Source of the DNA: an uncultured Nitrospiraceae bacterium | GTDB lineage: Bacteria > Nitrospirota > Nitrospiria > Nitrospirales > Nitrospiraceae | Length of the DNA stretch: 64,000 nt | Assembly: GCA_963846575.1 (NCBI GenBank) | Contig: CAWJWJ010000001.1 | Location: forward strand, 704,001-768,000 | Reading direction: 5' to 3' | Shown: one piece after another, positions 62,366 to 64,000 of the stretch | How positions within the stretch are numbered: position 1 is the stretch's first letter | Layout of the letters: the number at the start of each line of letters is the position of its first letter | Program-made: the position numbers and the translations under genes | The notes under the pieces: model-generated | Told to the model about the DNA's origin: nothing | The model's database searches: none | The model's input: only the letters and a program-made list of their open reading frames with translations

Positions 62366-62716
62366 ATGGAAACACCTGGGACACCGGAAACAAACTCTTC
62401 CGCTTCGGAGCCGGGAGGCGAGATCTGTCCACGCTGCGGAGGGTTGTTGCTGACGCAGCATTACATTGACTTGCTCGATGATACCGGGGAAATCGATATT
62501 ACGGCCTGGCATTGCACCATCTGTGGCGAGGTACTCGACCCGGTGATTGTCAAGAATCGGCAGAGTCCAGCTCCGAATCTGCTGTATGGAACAAAGGAGC
62601 GGAAATACAGCCAAATGGTCACCGACATCATCGAGGAAAGTTCGTCGGATGGGACACAGGCATGTGAGGATGATGATGTTTCACCTGATGGGCCGGAAAA
62701 CGACCGCGGGGCGTAG
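62366..62716 (+). CDS. zinc-ribbon small protein (paralog of 58246)
   Basis: CPRCGG...DLL...CTICGEVLDPVI..NR. Confidence 0.75.
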   Translation: METPGTPETNSSASEPGGEICPRCGGLLLTQHYIDLLDDTGEIDITAWHCTICGEVLDPVIVKNRQSPAPNLLYGTKERKYSQMVTDIIEESSSDGTQACEDDDVSPDGPENDRGA

Positions 62717-62748
62717 CCGACGACCACGGTGAACCGGAGGGTCAGCTC

Positions 62749-63657
62749 ATGAAAATCATTGTGGCCGGTGGAACAGGATTCATCGGCCAGGCTCTAGTCG
62801 ATGAATTGTCCGGCCAAGGACATGAAGTGGTCGTCCTGACGCGAAACTCAGGCCGGCCTTCTCAGGCATCAGTACGGTTCGTGGAATGGGACGCAGTCTC
62901 GTTAGGGTCCTGGAAGGACGAGTTCGCCTCCGCTGATGCGGTGGTCAATCTGGCCGGGGAGTCGATCGCCGAAGGTCGTTGGACCGAGGCTCGCAAGCGA
63001 TTATTGCTCAACAGCCGGCTTCTCGCGACCAGAGTCCTGGTCGCGGCGATGGCGGCACATGCTGGCCATCCCCTCGTCCTGATCAGCGCATCGGGCATCG
63101 GTTATTACGGGGCCAGTGACGATCGGTTGTTGGATGAAGGCGCCCCTCAGGGCCAAGGTTTTCTCGCCGACCTGTCAGCGGCGTGGGAAGCCGAGGCGTT
63201 GCGCGCGAGTCAGTCTGGGACGCGGGTCGTGCTCTTGAGGACAGGTATGGTGCTCGAAGCGGACGGGGGGGCGTTGCCAAAAATGTTGCTCCCCTTTCGG
63301 TTGTTCGCCGGAGGGCCGATCTCGCCCGGTACGCAGTGGGTCTCGTGGATTCACCGTAGAGACCACATCGGTCTGATTCAATGGGCTCTCACGACATCAG
63401 CTCTCTCCGGACCGGTGAATGCCGTGGCTCCCGAGGCCGTCATCATGAATGAGTTCTGTGCGACGCTCGGCACGGTGCTTCATCGTCCTTCGTGGCTGCC
63501 CGTTCCCGGCCTCGCCCTCCGGTTGGCGTTGGGTGAATTGGGCACGCTTCTGACGACCGGCCAGCATGTCGATCCTGCGAAGGCCCGTAGGGAGGGGTAC
63601 GTCTTTCGACATCCGAAGCTGGAGGAGGCCCTTCAGTCAATCGTGACGAAGGCGTGA
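62749..63657 (+). CDS. TIGR01777 / YfcH-like NAD-dependent epimerase family protein
   Basis: GGTGFIG, NLAGESI, AS.IGYYG, WE.EA, LRTG.VL, SWIH, GPVNAVAP. Confidence 0.92.
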   Translation: MKIIVAGGTGFIGQALVDELSGQGHEVVVLTRNSGRPSQASVRFVEWDAVSLGSWKDEFASADAVVNLAGESIAEGRWTEARKRLLLNSRLLATRVLVAAMAAHAGHPLVLISASGIGYYGASDDRLLDEGAPQGQGFLADLSAAWEAEALRASQSGTRVVLLRTGMVLEADGGALPKMLLPFRLFAGGPISPGTQWVSWIHRRDHIGLIQWALTTSALSGPVNAVAPEAVIMNEFCATLGTVLHRPSWLPVPGLALRLALGELGTLLTTGQHVDPAKARREGYVFRHPKLEEALQSIVTKA

Positions 63658-63673
63658 GTAAGGAGCAACGGAT

Positions 63674-64000
63674 ATGGGGATCCTCATGGAATCCGTGACC
63701 CACTATGTTCACGCGCTTGCCCTCGCCATCCTCTTGGGCAAGGTGGTCTTGCTGTCGTTTGTGGTGGCCCCGATTCTCGCGAAGAATCTGGAAAGGGAGC
63801 CGTTCGGAACAGTCGTGCGCCAGCTGTTTCCCGCATATTACCTGTTGGGCATGGTCGCGGCTGCCGCGGGACTCGTGGCTTTGATCGGGATCGGCAGTCT
63901 GCGAGGGTTGAGTCCGGCATTGTTAGGCGCGGCGGGGATCTGGCTCGTGGTCCTGGTGGCCGAATCCTACTGCCGGTCGCCGTTGACGCCGCAGAGTAAC
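63674..64000 (+). CDS. DUF4149 / TMEM205-like membrane protein (3' truncated)
   Basis: SD AAGGAG; SFVVAP.L...L.REPFG.V...LFP.YY; frame open to the window end. Confidence 0.75.
   Translation, partial: MGILMESVTHYVHALALAILLGKVVLLSFVVAPILAKNLEREPFGTVVRQLFPAYYLLGMVAAAAGLVALIGIGSLRGLSPALLGAAGIWLVVLVAESYCRSPLTPQSN

Overview
A 64-kb bacterial chromosomal window of roughly 60% GC by eye. Gene content and protein style suggest a Nitrospira-like organism, which is an inference only. It runs from gyrB-gyrA, a DciA-like gene and smpB through a ~12.5-kb thiol/quinone/redox-stress cluster behind a palindromic operator, then oxyR with a di-heme cytochrome c peroxidase, and tmRNA. The middle holds trehalose synthesis (otsA with a membrane-sensor-like N-terminal extension, otsB), PPK2, two DUF4412-like proteins, an orphan RiPP-type B12 radical SAM enzyme and core genes (suhB, lpxC, nrdR, glyA, rplI). 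tRNA-Leu(CAG) is followed by a decayed integrase and several small proteins. The window ends with a CarH/LitR-type B12 photoreceptor divergent from an operon of three secreted FGE-sulfatase-fold proteins. The main observations are (1) this photoreceptor locus with a phased operator, (2) an 18-aa histone-H1-like micropeptide gene behind a winged-helix protein, (3) a 47-bp OxyR-like box present at two loci 36 kb apart, (4) a structured RNA candidate upstream of tmRNA and (5) a sigma54 plus IHF promoter on lpxC. Several frameshifted or start-codon-mutated remnants (dps, macro domain, integrase) are also visible. All calls are by eye; no searches were run.
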